Source: an uncultured delta proteobacterium (GTDB lineage Bacteria > Desulfobacterota > Binatia > HRBIN30 > BPIQ01). Taken from it: 64,000 bases of DNA. The stretch is taken from contig CAVXGR010000011.1 of NCBI GenBank assembly GCA_963761335.1, positions 64,001 to 128,000 on the forward strand, in the 5' to 3' direction. Of the stretch, positions 45,329 to 55,408 are shown piece after piece (within the stretch, counting starts at the first letter, position 1; each line of letters starts with the position of its first letter). A program made the translations under genes and the position numbers. The notes under the pieces are model-generated. The model did not search any database and had not been told where the DNA came from. It was given only the letters and a program-made list of their open reading frames with translations.

Positions 45329-46855
45329 ATGGCTTGCGCAGCGAAGACCCACATCGCCCTCGTGGCCGCACTGGTGGCGGCGGGGTTCCTGTTCACGGCG
45401 CCGATCCCGGCGCGCGCCTTCGACCTCTCCGAGGTGGCGACCCGGGCCAAGGAGCTTGCCGGCCAGCCGTACGAGAAGCCGACTGGCCAGGTGCCCGACT
45501 GGCTCCTGAACATCTCTTACGATGAGTGGCGCGACATCCGCTTCCGCCCCGACCACGCCCTCTGGCGCGACGACCATCTGCCCTTCCAGGTGCAGTTCTT
45601 TCACCCCGGCCTCTACTACGACCGCACCGTGCGCATCGACGTCGTCGACGGCGGCGAGGTGCACGAGGTGCCGTTCTCGACCGAGCAGTTCGACTACGGC
45701 AAGAATCACTTCGCCGACCGCATCCCCAAGGACATCGGCTACGCCGGCTTCCGCGTTCATTATCCGCTCAACCGTCCGGACTACTACGACGAGCTCATCG
45801 TCTTCCTGGGCGCCAGCTACTTCCGCGCCCTCGGCCGCGGGCAGGTGTACGGCATCTCGGCACGCGCCCTGGCGATCGACACCACTGCGGGCAGCGGTGA
45901 GGAGTTCCCCTACTTCAAGGAGTTCTGGCTGGTGCGTCCCGCCCCGGACGCAACCCAGCTGGTCATCTACGCTCTCCTCGACAGCCCCAGCGCCACCGGC
46001 GCCTACCGTTTCACGGTCATCCCGGGCGTCGAGACGGAGGTCGACGTCGACAGCCGCGTCTTCCTGCGGCGGCAGGTGCAAGTGCTCGGCATCGCGCCGC
46101 TCACCAGCATGTTCTTCCACGGCGAGAACACCCTCGCGCCGGTGATCGACTACCGCCCCGAGGTGCACGACTCCGACGGCCTGCTGCTGCACTTCGACAC
46201 GGGCGAATGGCTGTGGCGACCGCTGGTGAACCCGAAGACGCTTCAGGTCAACACCTTTCAGATGCAGGATCCGCGCGGCCTCGGGCTGCTGCAGCGCGAC
46301 CGCAACTTCGATCACCACCAGGATCTGGAGACCCGCACCGACCTGCGGCCGAGCGTCTGGATCGACACGCGCGGCGACTGGGGCAGCGGCGCCGTCGAGC
46401 TGATGCAGATCCCGACCGACACCGACATCCACGACAACGTCGTCTCCTACTGGGTGCCCGATCGAGAGCCGAAGCCCGGCGAGGCGGCGATCTTCGCCTA
46501 CTCGATGTACTGGTACATGGACGATCCCCGGCGGCCACCCGGCGGGCGCGTGGTCGCCACCCGGCGCGACCTCGGCAAGCAGCCCGATAGCTTCCGCTTC
46601 GTCCTCGACTTCCAGGGGGCAGGCCTCGACGCGCTCGGCGCCGACGAGGCGCCGAGCGCCGTGGTCAGCGTCGCCGGCGGCGAGGACTCCGGCGTGATTC
46701 TCGAGCAGCAGCTCGTCAAGAATCCGGTCACCAACGGTTGGAGGCTCACCTTCATCGTGCAACCGAAGAAGCCGGGAACAGTCGAGCTACGCGCCTTTCT
46801 CCAGCGCAACGGCGACGTTCTCAGCGAGACCTGGTCATACGGAATGGCGCATTGA
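45329..46855 (+). CDS. opgG: Periplasmic glucan biosynthesis protein G
   Basis: YDEWRDIRF, FLGASYFRA, YGISARALA, EEFPYF, RPEVHDSDGL, SETWSY. Confidence 0.95.
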   Translation: MACAAKTHIALVAALVAAGFLFTAPIPARAFDLSEVATRAKELAGQPYEKPTGQVPDWLLNISYDEWRDIRFRPDHALWRDDHLPFQVQFFHPGLYYDRTVRIDVVDGGEVHEVPFSTEQFDYGKNHFADRIPKDIGYAGFRVHYPLNRPDYYDELIVFLGASYFRALGRGQVYGISARALAIDTTAGSGEEFPYFKEFWLVRPAPDATQLVIYALLDSPSATGAYRFTVIPGVETEVDVDSRVFLRRQVQVLGIAPLTSMFFHGENTLAPVIDYRPEVHDSDGLLLHFDTGEWLWRPLVNPKTLQVNTFQMQDPRGLGLLQRDRNFDHHQDLETRTDLRPSVWIDTRGDWGSGAVELMQIPTDTDIHDNVVSYWVPDREPKPGEAAIFAYSMYWYMDDPRRPPGGRVVATRRDLGKQPDSFRFVLDFQGAGLDALGADEAPSAVVSVAGGEDSGVILEQQLVKNPVTNGWRLTFIVQPKKPGTVELRAFLQRNGDVLSETWSYGMAH

Positions 46856-46896
46856 GGAGAGTGGCTCGGTTTCTCGGGCATGTGGCTCCGGGTGAG

Positions 46897-47230
46897 GAGG
46901 TTGTCTCAGAACCGTGCCCGTGCCCCTGGCGGGGCACAACGGGCCTGCTTCGGGATCCCCCGGGTCTTCGACAACGGGGCTACACGCCCCCGCCCCTCCG
47001 GGGCAAATGATGTCCAAACCCCCGGCTTCGCGACGTCGGGAAGCCGGGTTCAACCCAAGGAAACAGAGGGCGCCTCGGGGATCGCGCCGCGGAGCGGCGC
47101 GGGCATGTAGCCCCGGGTGAACCCCGGGGCTTCGGTTCGGACAAGGGATTCAGCGCCCCGTCAGGGGCGCGGGCACGTGCGGTTCGAGCTCTGGACCGCC
47201 GGCAACACCTGAGTTTGGGCGCGACCCTGC
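46897..47230. mobile_element. MITE-like element enclosing REP clusters
   Basis: Left end GAGGTTGTCTCAGAA. Internal GGGGCTACA and TGTAGCCCCGGGTGAACCCCGGGG REPs. Right end degenerate. Confidence 0.6.
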
Positions 47231-47242
47231 AGGCTGCAGCCG

Positions 47243-47578
47243 TCAGCGCGCTGCGGCGAGCTGGCCCTCGAGCCTTTCGGCGGAGCTCTTCTCGTCCGCC
47301 TCGCGGCGGATGAGATAGACGAGCGGGCCGACGCTGCCGAGAGCCAGCGTCAGAGCCATATACGGCAGGAAAGAGGCGCCGCGCCTCTGCGCGTCGCGCC
47401 GCATCCAGGTCAGGATCAGGCCGAGGGCGATCACCAGGTCGGCGAACGCCACCGCTGTCGCCGCATTGGCGAGCATGAGCTCGAAGACGCCGACGTAGCC
47501 GTAGGCGTAGACGGCGTAGCCGCTTAGTCCGAGGAAGTCGAGCAGCACCAGCCCGAGGACGATTTGTTTGCCGTTCAT
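47243..47578 (-). CDS. DUF2834-like small membrane protein
   Basis: ADLVIAL...WMRRDA...LTLALGSVGPLVYL; AAGGAGG SD. Confidence 0.75.
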   Translation of the reverse strand: MNGKQIVLGLVLLDFLGLSGYAVYAYGYVGVFELMLANAATAVAFADLVIALGLILTWMRRDAQRRGASFLPYMALTLALGSVGPLVYLIRREADEKSSAERLEGQLAAAR

Positions 47579-47822
47579 CGCAGATCCTCCTTTTCCTAGG
47601 GCACGCCCCGCGGGCGTGCCAGTGAGCTTGACCAATCCACTCTTCAAGCTCCGTGCCGCATTCGGCCCGGCATCGGACGCAGAAGGTGAGCCCCCGGCGT
47701 CGGCAACCGCCGTTGCGGTGCCGCCACGGCCGTTGCGCGGCGACAACCCCTTGTGGCCTGGCTGCCGCCCCCCGAGGAGCATCTCGCACTTGCCGGGGTA
47801 GGTGAGCGATAATGGGCGCGGC

Positions 47823-49283
47823 ATGGACTGGTACTTCGGCGACGTGTGGCTGGTGCGGCTGCTCTTCCAGCGCGGACTTGCAGCGATCTATCTCGTCGCT
47901 TTTCTGGTGACCTTGCAGCAGTTCAAGCCGCTTCTCGGCGAGCGCGGTCTGCTGCCCGTGCCGCTCTTCCTGAAGCGCGTCCGCCGCTGGGAGGCACCGA
48001 GCCTCTTCTGCTGGCACTACTCCGATCGGCTGCTGGGCGCGGTCGCCTGGAGCGGCATCCTGCTCTCCGCGGCGGCTCTGTCGGGCCTCTCCGAAGCCGG
48101 GCCCATCTGGGTCTCGGTGGCGACCTGGCTGCTGATGTGGGTCCTGTACCTGTCGATCGTCAACGTCGGCCAGACCTTCTACGGCTTCGGCTGGGAGTCC
48201 ATGCTGCTCGAGGCGGGTTTCTTTGCGGCATTTCTCGGACCCACCTGGATGGCGCCATCACTGGTTCCGGTTCTGATTCTGCGGTGGATGCTCTTCCGCA
48301 CCGAGCTCGGCGCCGGGCTCATCAAGCTCCGCCACGACCGCTGCTGGCGAGAGCTGACCTGCCTCTTCTATCACTACGAGACCCAGCCGCTGCCGAATCC
48401 GCTGAGCTGGTACTTCCACCGCTCGCCCAGGGTCATGCACCGCTTCGCCGTCCTCTTCAGTCACTTCGTGCAGCTGATCGTCCCCTTCGGCCTGTTTGCT
48501 CCGGAGCCGCTCGCCGCCGTCGCCGGGGGGCTGATCATCTTTCACCAGCTCTGGCTGATCGCCAGCGGCAACTACTCGTGGCTGAACTGGCTCACGGTGA
48601 TCCTGGGGATCACCGCCTTCAGCGACTCGACGCTGTCCGTCCTCATACCGTTGGCCGTTCCGGCGACCGGGTTGCGTCCAATCGCCGTCGACGGCGTTCT
48701 GTACGGGCTCGCCGGCGCCACCGCCCTGCTCAGCATCCGCCCCGCCCTGAACCTGTTCTCGCGAAACCAGCTCATGAACTACAGCTACAACCGCTTCCAC
48801 ATCGTCAACACGTACGGCGCCTTCGGGAGCGTCACCAAGAGGCGATACGAAATCGTGATCGAGGGGACGGACGAGACGGCGGTCAGCGACGGAACTCGAT
48901 GGCAGGAGTACGGGTTCAAGGGAAAACCGGGCGACCCGCGGCGGATGCCGCCGCAGGTCGCGCCGTACCATCTGCGGCTGGACTGGCTCGTCTGGTTCCT
49001 TCCCTTCTCGGTGGCCGACGTTGACCGGAGCATCGAGGTGCCGAGATACGAGGTGTGGTTCCTGAGGTTGGTGCGCAGGCTTCTCGAGGACGATCGCGCA
49101 ACTCTGAAGCTGCTGCGGCGCAATCCCTTCGAGAACCGCCGCCCTACCTTCATCCGGGCGCTCTTCTACGAGTATCGCTACACGACCTGGAGCGAGCGGA
49201 AAGACACCGGCGCCTGGTGGAATCGCCGGCTCGTCGACGTGTATCTACCGCCGGTTTCGCTGGACGAGCTGCGGCGGCTGTGA
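47823..49283 (+). CDS. Lipase maturation factor (LMF) family membrane protein
   Basis: FYGFGWESMLLEAGF, HYETQPLPNP, SGNYSWLN, NTYGAFG, PYHLRLDW. Confidence 0.95.
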   Translation: MDWYFGDVWLVRLLFQRGLAAIYLVAFLVTLQQFKPLLGERGLLPVPLFLKRVRRWEAPSLFCWHYSDRLLGAVAWSGILLSAAALSGLSEAGPIWVSVATWLLMWVLYLSIVNVGQTFYGFGWESMLLEAGFFAAFLGPTWMAPSLVPVLILRWMLFRTELGAGLIKLRHDRCWRELTCLFYHYETQPLPNPLSWYFHRSPRVMHRFAVLFSHFVQLIVPFGLFAPEPLAAVAGGLIIFHQLWLIASGNYSWLNWLTVILGITAFSDSTLSVLIPLAVPATGLRPIAVDGVLYGLAGATALLSIRPALNLFSRNQLMNYSYNRFHIVNTYGAFGSVTKRRYEIVIEGTDETAVSDGTRWQEYGFKGKPGDPRRMPPQVAPYHLRLDWLVWFLPFSVADVDRSIEVPRYEVWFLRLVRRLLEDDRATLKLLRRNPFENRRPTFIRALFYEYRYTTWSERKDTGAWWNRRLVDVYLPPVSLDELRRL

Positions 49284-49504
49284 AGATATTGACTGCTGTC
49301 CCTTGCGGATTCCGTCATTCTCATTCTCATTACAGGTCCCGTCGTTTTCCATTATCTCTGAAAGCCGCGTGACCCGCCGCGCTGGCTTGGCCCCGCGACA
49401 CCGACACTCCCGGACCGATCAGTGAAATGGAAAACGACGGCATGAGAACCGGGGACGACGGAACGGGGAATGCCCCCGGAGCCCCGCCCCCTCAGCGCCT
49501 CCCC

Positions 49505-49801
49505 CTACCCGCCGGCCATGGCGCCGACCACGAGGAAGGGCTCGGTGCCGTTGGCGACGGCGGCGGGCAGCGGTGCGTCCGGCGCCTCGTGGGACAGATC
49601 CTCCTCGCAGGCGAAGAAGCGCACGAACGCCCGGCGCTTCAGCGTGAGCTGGTCGCGGATGGTCCCGCGCAGCATCGGATAGCGCTCCTCGAGAGCGTCG
49701 AGAACGGCGCGCTGCGTGACCGGGCCGTTCACCTCGAGGGCCACCTCGCGCTCGACCTGCGCCAGCTTGCGCAGATGCGCCGGGAGGACGACGCGGATCA
49801 T
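49505..49801 (-). CDS. MoaD/ThiS-family ubiquitin-like protein
   Basis: 98 aa, beta-grasp pattern, C-terminal AMAGG; ATGA overlap with the upstream gene. Confidence 0.9.
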   Translation of the reverse strand: MIRVVLPAHLRKLAQVEREVALEVNGPVTQRAVLDALEERYPMLRGTIRDQLTLKRRAFVRFFACEEDLSHEAPDAPLPAAVANGTEPFLVVGAMAGG

Positions 49802-50913
49802 GGCAACGTCTGGACCTCGACCGAGAGCACCGGAGGAAGATCGCGGACGATCGGAGCCCAGCTGTCTCCGGCATCCGCCGAGGCGTACACCTGCCCGCCC
49901 GTGGTCCCGAAGTAGACGCCGCAGGCATCGAGCGAGTCGACGGCCATGGCGTCGCGCAAGACGTTGACGTAGCAGTCGCGCTGCGGCAGCCCCTTGGTCA
50001 GCGCCTCCCACTCGTTGCCGCCCGTGCGGCTGCGATAGACACGCAGCTTTCCGTCCAGCGGATAATGCTCCGAGTCGCTCTTGATCGGCACCACGTACAC
50101 CGTGTCGGGCTCGTGGGCGTGCACGTCGATCGGGAAGCCGAAATCGGTCGGCAGGTTGCCGCTGACCTCCTGCCAGGATTCACCGGCGTCGTCGCTGCGC
50201 ATGACGTCCCAGTGCTTTTGCATGAACAGCACCCGCGGGCGGGAACGGTGCATGGCGATACGATGCACGCAGTGACCGACCTCGGCCGTCGGCTCGGGGA
50301 TCTGCTCGGACCGCAAGCCGCGGTTGATCGGCCGCCATGTCCCACCGGCGTCGTCGCTGCGGAACGCCCCCGCCGCCGAGATGGCGATGAACATCCGCTG
50401 CGGATTTTCCGGGTCCAGGAGGATCGTGTGCAGGCACATGCCGCCGGCACCCGGCTGCCATTTGGGGCCGGATCCATGCTCTCGGAGCCCCGGGAGCTCC
50501 TGCCACGACTTCCCGCCGTCGTTCGAGCGGAACAGGGCAGCGTCTTCAACCCCGGCATAGACCGTCTGCGGATCGGTGAGCGACGGCTCGAGATGCCAGA
50601 CGCGCTTGAACTCCCAGGGATGCGGTGTGCCGTCGTACCACTGGTGTGTGCCGGGGACGCCGTCGTACAGGAACTCGTTTCCCACCGACGACCAGCTCTT
50701 GCCGCCGTCGTCGGATCGCTGGATCACCTGTCCGAACCAGCCGCTGCTCTGCGAAGCGTACAGTCGATTCGGGTCCACCGGCGATCCCTTGACGTGGTAG
50801 ATCTCCCAGCCCGCAAAGTGCGGACCGCCAACGTCCCACTTCTCGCGCTTCCCGTCCGATTCAAGAACAAACGCACCCTTCCGCGTGCCCACGAGTACCC
50901 GCACCCTGCTCAT
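49798..50913 (-). CDS. Cytoplasmic BNR/Asp-box beta-propeller (sialidase-like) protein
   Basis: Six Asp-box-like SxDxGxxW motifs (one degenerate), VGTRKG start, no signal peptide. Confidence 0.9.
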   Translation of the reverse strand: MSRVRVLVGTRKGAFVLESDGKREKWDVGGPHFAGWEIYHVKGSPVDPNRLYASQSSGWFGQVIQRSDDGGKSWSSVGNEFLYDGVPGTHQWYDGTPHPWEFKRVWHLEPSLTDPQTVYAGVEDAALFRSNDGGKSWQELPGLREHGSGPKWQPGAGGMCLHTILLDPENPQRMFIAISAAGAFRSDDAGGTWRPINRGLRSEQIPEPTAEVGHCVHRIAMHRSRPRVLFMQKHWDVMRSDDAGESWQEVSGNLPTDFGFPIDVHAHEPDTVYVVPIKSDSEHYPLDGKLRVYRSRTGGNEWEALTKGLPQRDCYVNVLRDAMAVDSLDACGVYFGTTGGQVYASADAGDSWAPIVRDLPPVLSVEVQTLP

Positions 50914-50944
50914 CGGTCACTCCTTTCCGAGGTCCTGCTGCAAT

Positions 50945-50971
50945 GTCGAACGTGTCGTCTCGGATTCGACA
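50945..50971 (-). promoter_or_regulatory. Candidate ECF42-type promoter
   Basis: TGTCGA-N17-CGAC on the minus strand, about 30 nt upstream of the ATG. Confidence 0.6.
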
Positions 50972-51007
50972 TATCGGCGGAAGAAAAAGCAAGAGACGCC
51001 ACTTTCA

Positions 51008-51225
51008 GGTAGTGCCTCAATTCATTTCGGGCCGTTCGGCGTCGCCCTCTCCCGCATTGTTGCCTGCGGGAGAGGGGCAGGGGTGAGGGTGCCGATCTTC
51101 TTCGAAGGTGCGTAGACAACGACGAGCTTTCAGGGAAAGGGACCCCTCACCTGGCCTCTCCCCGCGGAGAATGCGGGGAGAGGGACGCTGGCGCCCGTGC
51201 GTCCGAATCAAACTGATGCACTACC
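51008..51225. mobile_element. IS630-like MITE enclosing an inverted pair of CCCTCTCCC...GGGAGAGGG palindromes
   Basis: Ends GGTAGTGCCTCAATTCATTTCGG / CCGAATCAAACTGATGCACTACC, with TA near both termini. Confidence 0.7.
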
Positions 51226-51298
51226 CGCTCTCACTACGCCGCGTACCGGTTCGGCCTCCGCCGGCGCTCCGCTACAATGGGCGAGACAGGAGGTGACG

Positions 51299-52069
51299 AT
51301 GAAGAAGCAACGGAAACCGATCGAGCTCTACTACTGGCCTGGCATTCCGGGACGCGGCGAATTCGTCCGCCTCGCCCTCGAGGACGCCGGCGCCGCCTAC
51401 GTCGACGTGGCGCGCCAGCGCAAGAACTGGATGGCAGCGATGATGGCATTCCTCCAGGGCGACGAGCCGGGGGCCCTGCCGTTTGCGCCGCCGTTCGTCA
51501 AGCTCGGCGATACGGTGGTCTCGCAGACGGCGAACGTCCTGGCGTTCCTGGCGCCGCGACTCGGCCTCGTTCCCGCAGCCGAATCGCTTCGTTGGGAGGC
51601 GAGCCAGATCCAGCTCACCATCGCGGACTTCGTCGACGAGATCCACGATACTCATCACCCGATCGCCGGCGGCCTCTACTACGAGGACCAGAAACCCGCG
51701 GCCAAGCGGCGCGCGCTCGACTTCGTGAAGGAGCGAATGCCGAAGTATCTGGGCTGGCTCGAGAAGGTCCTCGAGCGCAACCGCAAGAGCCGCAGCCAGT
51801 GGCTGGTCGGCGCCGACCGCACCTACGCAGATCTCTCGGCCTTCCAGGTCGTGGAAGGGCTGCGCTACGCCTTTCCGAAGGCGATGGCGCGGCTCGAAGC
51901 GGAGACCCCGAAGCTGATCGCCCTCCGCGACGCGGTTGCCGGCAGGCCCCGCATCGCAGCCTATCTGAAATCGAAACGGCGCGAGCCGTTCAATCAGATG
52001 GGCGTCTTCCGCCACTACCCCGAGCTGGACGCGCGGGCGCCGCGGACCCAGCGGGCGCCTTCGGGCTGA
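51299..52069 (+). CDS. Glutathione S-transferase
   Basis: LYYWPGIPGRGEFVRLALE, FAPPF, SQTANVL, TYADLS. Confidence 0.93.
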   Translation: MKKQRKPIELYYWPGIPGRGEFVRLALEDAGAAYVDVARQRKNWMAAMMAFLQGDEPGALPFAPPFVKLGDTVVSQTANVLAFLAPRLGLVPAAESLRWEASQIQLTIADFVDEIHDTHHPIAGGLYYEDQKPAAKRRALDFVKERMPKYLGWLEKVLERNRKSRSQWLVGADRTYADLSAFQVVEGLRYAFPKAMARLEAETPKLIALRDAVAGRPRIAAYLKSKRREPFNQMGVFRHYPELDARAPRTQRAPSG

Positions 52070-52155
52070 ACGCGGAGCGAGAGGGCGAGAGCGGCGAGCA
52101 ACAGAGGCACTCGCCGTTGGTGCTCGCCGGCAGCAGGCGGGTTCGCATCGCCTCA

Positions 52156-52575
52156 TCAGAGGCGGGTGAGATCCTGCACGGTGGGGATCAGCAGCTGGCC
52201 GGCCAGACCGGCCTCGCGGTGCACGCCGATCGCCTGCACCTCCGGCGAGGTGGCGAGGCGGTGGAACTCGGCGCGCGAGGGATACTCGGCGATGCCGACG
52301 GCGTCCCACAGCTCCTCGACCTCGCCGATCACCAGACCTTTCACCTCGCCGGAGAAGAGGAACCGCCCACCGGCGGCCTCGACGATGCCCCGCATCTCGG
52401 CGACGTAGCGCATGTAGGCTTCCCGGCCGGAGATGTTCTCGTCGCGGCCATCCGTGTACTGCGCTTTGTCGTGGAACTTGAGCAGGTTGACCATGGCAAT
52501 CGGTCCCGGCGTCGGGTCCTCTGCCAGCGGCATGAGCTGCTCGAACGTGGGATAGACGCTGTTGACGACTTTCAT
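52156..52575 (-). CDS. DUF1330 domain protein
   Basis: GPIAMVNLLKF, SGREAY.RY, WD....EYPS, HREAGL. Confidence 0.88.
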   Translation of the reverse strand: MKVVNSVYPTFEQLMPLAEDPTPGPIAMVNLLKFHDKAQYTDGRDENISGREAYMRYVAEMRGIVEAAGGRFLFSGEVKGLVIGEVEELWDAVGIAEYPSRAEFHRLATSPEVQAIGVHREAGLAGQLLIPTVQDLTRL

Positions 52576-52646
52576 CTTCGATTCTCTCCTTTTCCCCGCG
52601 CCCCCGCCGGGGCGCCTGAGAAACGTCCCGCCAATCCCCGGTTTTC

Positions 52647-52769
52647 AGGGCTGTCTCTTCAACTAGTGTAGAAGCGCCGTCCCGGCGCTTTCCGAAGCGG
52701 CGAGACGCCGCTTCTACTGGGCCCGCGAGCCGGCGAAAGTTGTCTTGCAAGGGTTTTGAGACAGCCTCT
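52647..52769. mobile_element. MITE with REP doublet core
   Basis: Ends AGGGCTGTCTC / TTTTGAGACAGCCTCT; core GTAGAAGCGCCGTCCCGGCGCTT...AAGCGGCGAGACGCCGCTTCTAC. Confidence 0.8.
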
Positions 52770-52798
52770 TCACCCGGGGCTCGCCCTTCCGAAACGGG

Positions 52799-53698
52799 CT
52801 ACGAGCGCACGAAGCGATCCAGCAGGTCGGCGATCTGGTCGGGCTGATCTTCCTGCAGGAAATGGCCGGCGTTTTCGATGGTCACGTGCGGCTGCCCCTT
52901 GGCGCCGGGCACGCGCTCCTGGAAGACTCGATAGCCGCCTCTGGTGACCGGGTCCGAGTCGCTGAACGCCGTCAGGCACGGGCGGGTGAACGATTCGAGA
53001 ACCTTCCATGCCGCCTTGTTCTCGGCGACCGACTCGTGCTGCGGCGTGATCGGCACCAGGGCGGGAAAGCGGCGCGCCCCCGCCTTGAAGCTCTCCTCCG
53101 GAAAGGGCGCCTCGTAGGCCGCCTTCTCGGTATCGGTGAGGGTGCGCTGGCAGCCCATGCCGATGATCTCGCCGATCGGCAGCACGGGAGTGTTCTGGCT
53201 GAAATCAAGCCAGCGCTGGAACGCTTCGCTGAAGCCCTCACCGACCGGCAGCCCGGTGTTGGCGACGACGATGCGGGCGAAGCGCTGCGGATGGGCGGCG
53301 ACCAGGCGGAGGCCGATCAGCCCGCCCCAGTCCTGGCAGAAGAGGGTGATGTTCTCGAGCTGCATCCCCAGCAACCACTCGCTCATCCAGTGCACGTAGC
53401 GCTCGTAGGTGTAGTCGGCCGGCTCGCTCGGCTTGTCGGAGCGACCGAAGCCGACGAGGTCGGGGGCGACGACGCGGTGCCCGGCGGCGGCGAGCTTGGC
53501 GATGATGTGCCGGTAGAGGAATGACCACGACGGCTCGCCGTGCAGCAGCAGCACCGGCGCAGCGTCCCGCGGCCCCTCGTCGATGGCGGCGATGCGCAGA
53601 GCCGTGCCGTCGGCATCACGCACCTCGCGATACTGAGGTGGGTAAGGGAAATCGGGCAGATCGTGAAAACGGGAGTCGGGTGTTCGCAACACTTTCAT
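52799..53698 (-). CDS. Haloalkane dehalogenase (DhlA/DhmA-like)
   Basis: [28 protein letters not shown] (Asp nucleophile), AGHFLQED. Confidence 0.92.
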   Translation of the reverse strand: MKVLRTPDSRFHDLPDFPYPPQYREVRDADGTALRIAAIDEGPRDAAPVLLLHGEPSWSFLYRHIIAKLAAAGHRVVAPDLVGFGRSDKPSEPADYTYERYVHWMSEWLLGMQLENITLFCQDWGGLIGLRLVAAHPQRFARIVVANTGLPVGEGFSEAFQRWLDFSQNTPVLPIGEIIGMGCQRTLTDTEKAAYEAPFPEESFKAGARRFPALVPITPQHESVAENKAAWKVLESFTRPCLTAFSDSDPVTRGGYRVFQERVPGAKGQPHVTIENAGHFLQEDQPDQIADLLDRFVRS

Positions 53699-53722
53699 GG
53701 GCTCTCCTTTCGCGGAGGGGCT

Positions 53723-55390
53723 TCAGTTCTCCCAGTACACATACTCGTCGTCGGGGCGCTCGGCGACACCGAGAGGGTGGTCGACGTCGATGGCGGCCTC
53801 GATCAGCGACGGCCAGGCCGGCTTGACCATCTCGGCCTCGTAGGCGGCCAAGATCGCCTTCAGCTCGCGCACCTTCTCGGGGTTCTTCGCCGCCAGGTCG
53901 ACGCGCTCGGTCGGATCCTCGTCGAGGTGGAAGAGCCAGTCCTTCTTCGGTCGCTCGGAGACCTGAAGCTTCCAGCCGCCGGCGAGCACCGTCCGGTATC
54001 CTCCCGAGCGCCAGAAGAGCGAGGGGTGCGGCGGTCCGTGCTCTTCGCCGCGCAGGTACGGAAGCAGATTGACGCCGTCGATCTTCCGGTCTGCCGGCAG
54101 GGGCGCATGCGCGGCGGCCGCGGCCGTCGGAAAGATGTCGATCTGCGCCACCGGCGCGCTGAAGGTGCTCCCGGCAGCCAGGGTCGTCGGCCACTTCAGG
54201 AAGAACGGCGAGTGCATACCGCCCTCGAAGAAGGTCATCTTCCAACCGCGATAGGGACGGTTGATATCGGGGAGGCCGATGTAGTTGGCGCCGCCGTTGT
54301 CGCTGCTGAAGAACACCAGGGTATTGCGTTCCAGCCCATTCGCCTTCAGTGCCTCGAGGACGCGCCCAACGGAGCGGTCGAGGGCGCGGATCATCGCCGC
54401 GTAGACGCGCAGGCGATGGTCCTTGATCTGCGGCATGGCGTCGTAGTCGGAGCGCAATGCCTGCAGCGGCGTGTGCGGCGCATTCGGAGCGAAGTAGAGA
54501 AAGAAGGGGCGGTTGCGGTTGGCGGCAATCGCCTTTGCCGCCTCATTGCCGAGATAATCGGTCATGTACTCGGGCGGCCGGAAACGGTCGCCGCCGTCCT
54601 TGCGCACCGCGAAGGGCAGATTCGCCCACAGAAAGACGTCGATGGGGTCGAACTCCTGCACCGAGTTCACCGCCCGGGGATCGTCGGGGTCGAGGTACAT
54701 GGAGGCGCCGGGGTAGAAGCCGAGATACTCGTCGAAGCCCTGTGCCGTCGGCCGCAGCGCCGGCGCCTCGCCCAGGTGCCACTTGCCGAACCCGAGCGTG
54801 TGGTAGCCGCGAGCCCGCAGCAGCTCGGCGAGCGTGACCTCCTCGGGCGACACGCCCTCCTGGTCCATCGATGGCACGTCCTTCTCCCGCTCGTCGTGGT
54901 AGATCGGCGCGTGCAGTATTCCCGGCTGATTGCGCGTCATGCTGGCGACCAGGCGCATGAAGATCTTCGGCGCCGGGGTGAACTCGAAACCGAAGCGGCT
55001 CGGGTAGCGCCCCGTCAGGATTGCGGCGCGCGACGGCGCGCAGGTGGCGTTGTCGGCGTACCCGGCGGTGAAGCGGACGCCGTCGCGGGCGATGGAGTCG
55101 ATGTTCGGCGTGGCGACGGCGCCGGCGGCGACGCCGCCACCGGCAAAGGTCAGGTCGTTGTAGCCGAGGTCGTCGGCGACAATGACGACGATGTTCGGCA
55201 GCCGTGCGTCGACGGGCGCCGAAGGCCTGCTGGGACCGGCATCCCAGGTCACCTCACGGGGCGCATGGATCGGATCCATGAGTCGCGACAGCACTCCGAG
55301 ACCGTGAAGCTTCAGGTAGCCGTAGGCTCTCCAGCCGCCGAGGACCAGAGCGACCAGCACCAGGAGCAGCGCGACACGTCTACTCGTCAT
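53723..55390 (-). CDS. Formylglycine-type sulfatase with N-terminal signal/anchor
   Basis: PNIVVIVADDLG, CAPSR, GKWHLG, SSDNG, EGG. Confidence 0.95.
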   Translation of the reverse strand: MTSRRVALLLVLVALVLGGWRAYGYLKLHGLGVLSRLMDPIHAPREVTWDAGPSRPSAPVDARLPNIVVIVADDLGYNDLTFAGGGVAAGAVATPNIDSIARDGVRFTAGYADNATCAPSRAAILTGRYPSRFGFEFTPAPKIFMRLVASMTRNQPGILHAPIYHDEREKDVPSMDQEGVSPEEVTLAELLRARGYHTLGFGKWHLGEAPALRPTAQGFDEYLGFYPGASMYLDPDDPRAVNSVQEFDPIDVFLWANLPFAVRKDGGDRFRPPEYMTDYLGNEAAKAIAANRNRPFFLYFAPNAPHTPLQALRSDYDAMPQIKDHRLRVYAAMIRALDRSVGRVLEALKANGLERNTLVFFSSDNGGANYIGLPDINRPYRGWKMTFFEGGMHSPFFLKWPTTLAAGSTFSAPVAQIDIFPTAAAAAHAPLPADRKIDGVNLLPYLRGEEHGPPHPSLFWRSGGYRTVLAGGWKLQVSERPKKDWLFHLDEDPTERVDLAAKNPEKVRELKAILAAYEAEMVKPAWPSLIEAAIDVDHPLGVAERPDDEYVYWEN

Positions 55391-55408
55391 TGGGCGCTTT
55401 CCCTCGCT

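Noticed and set aside
38875..45509. Very long ORFs 38875-41625 and 41865-45509 (also 20120-22711, 53540-56140, 7534-9927)
   Set aside because: Antisense or alternate-frame shadows of clear genes, expected at high GC; no motifs.
49314..49332. Fur box (TCATTC repeats)
   Set aside because: Lies between convergent gene ends and is better explained as one arm of the inverted repeat.
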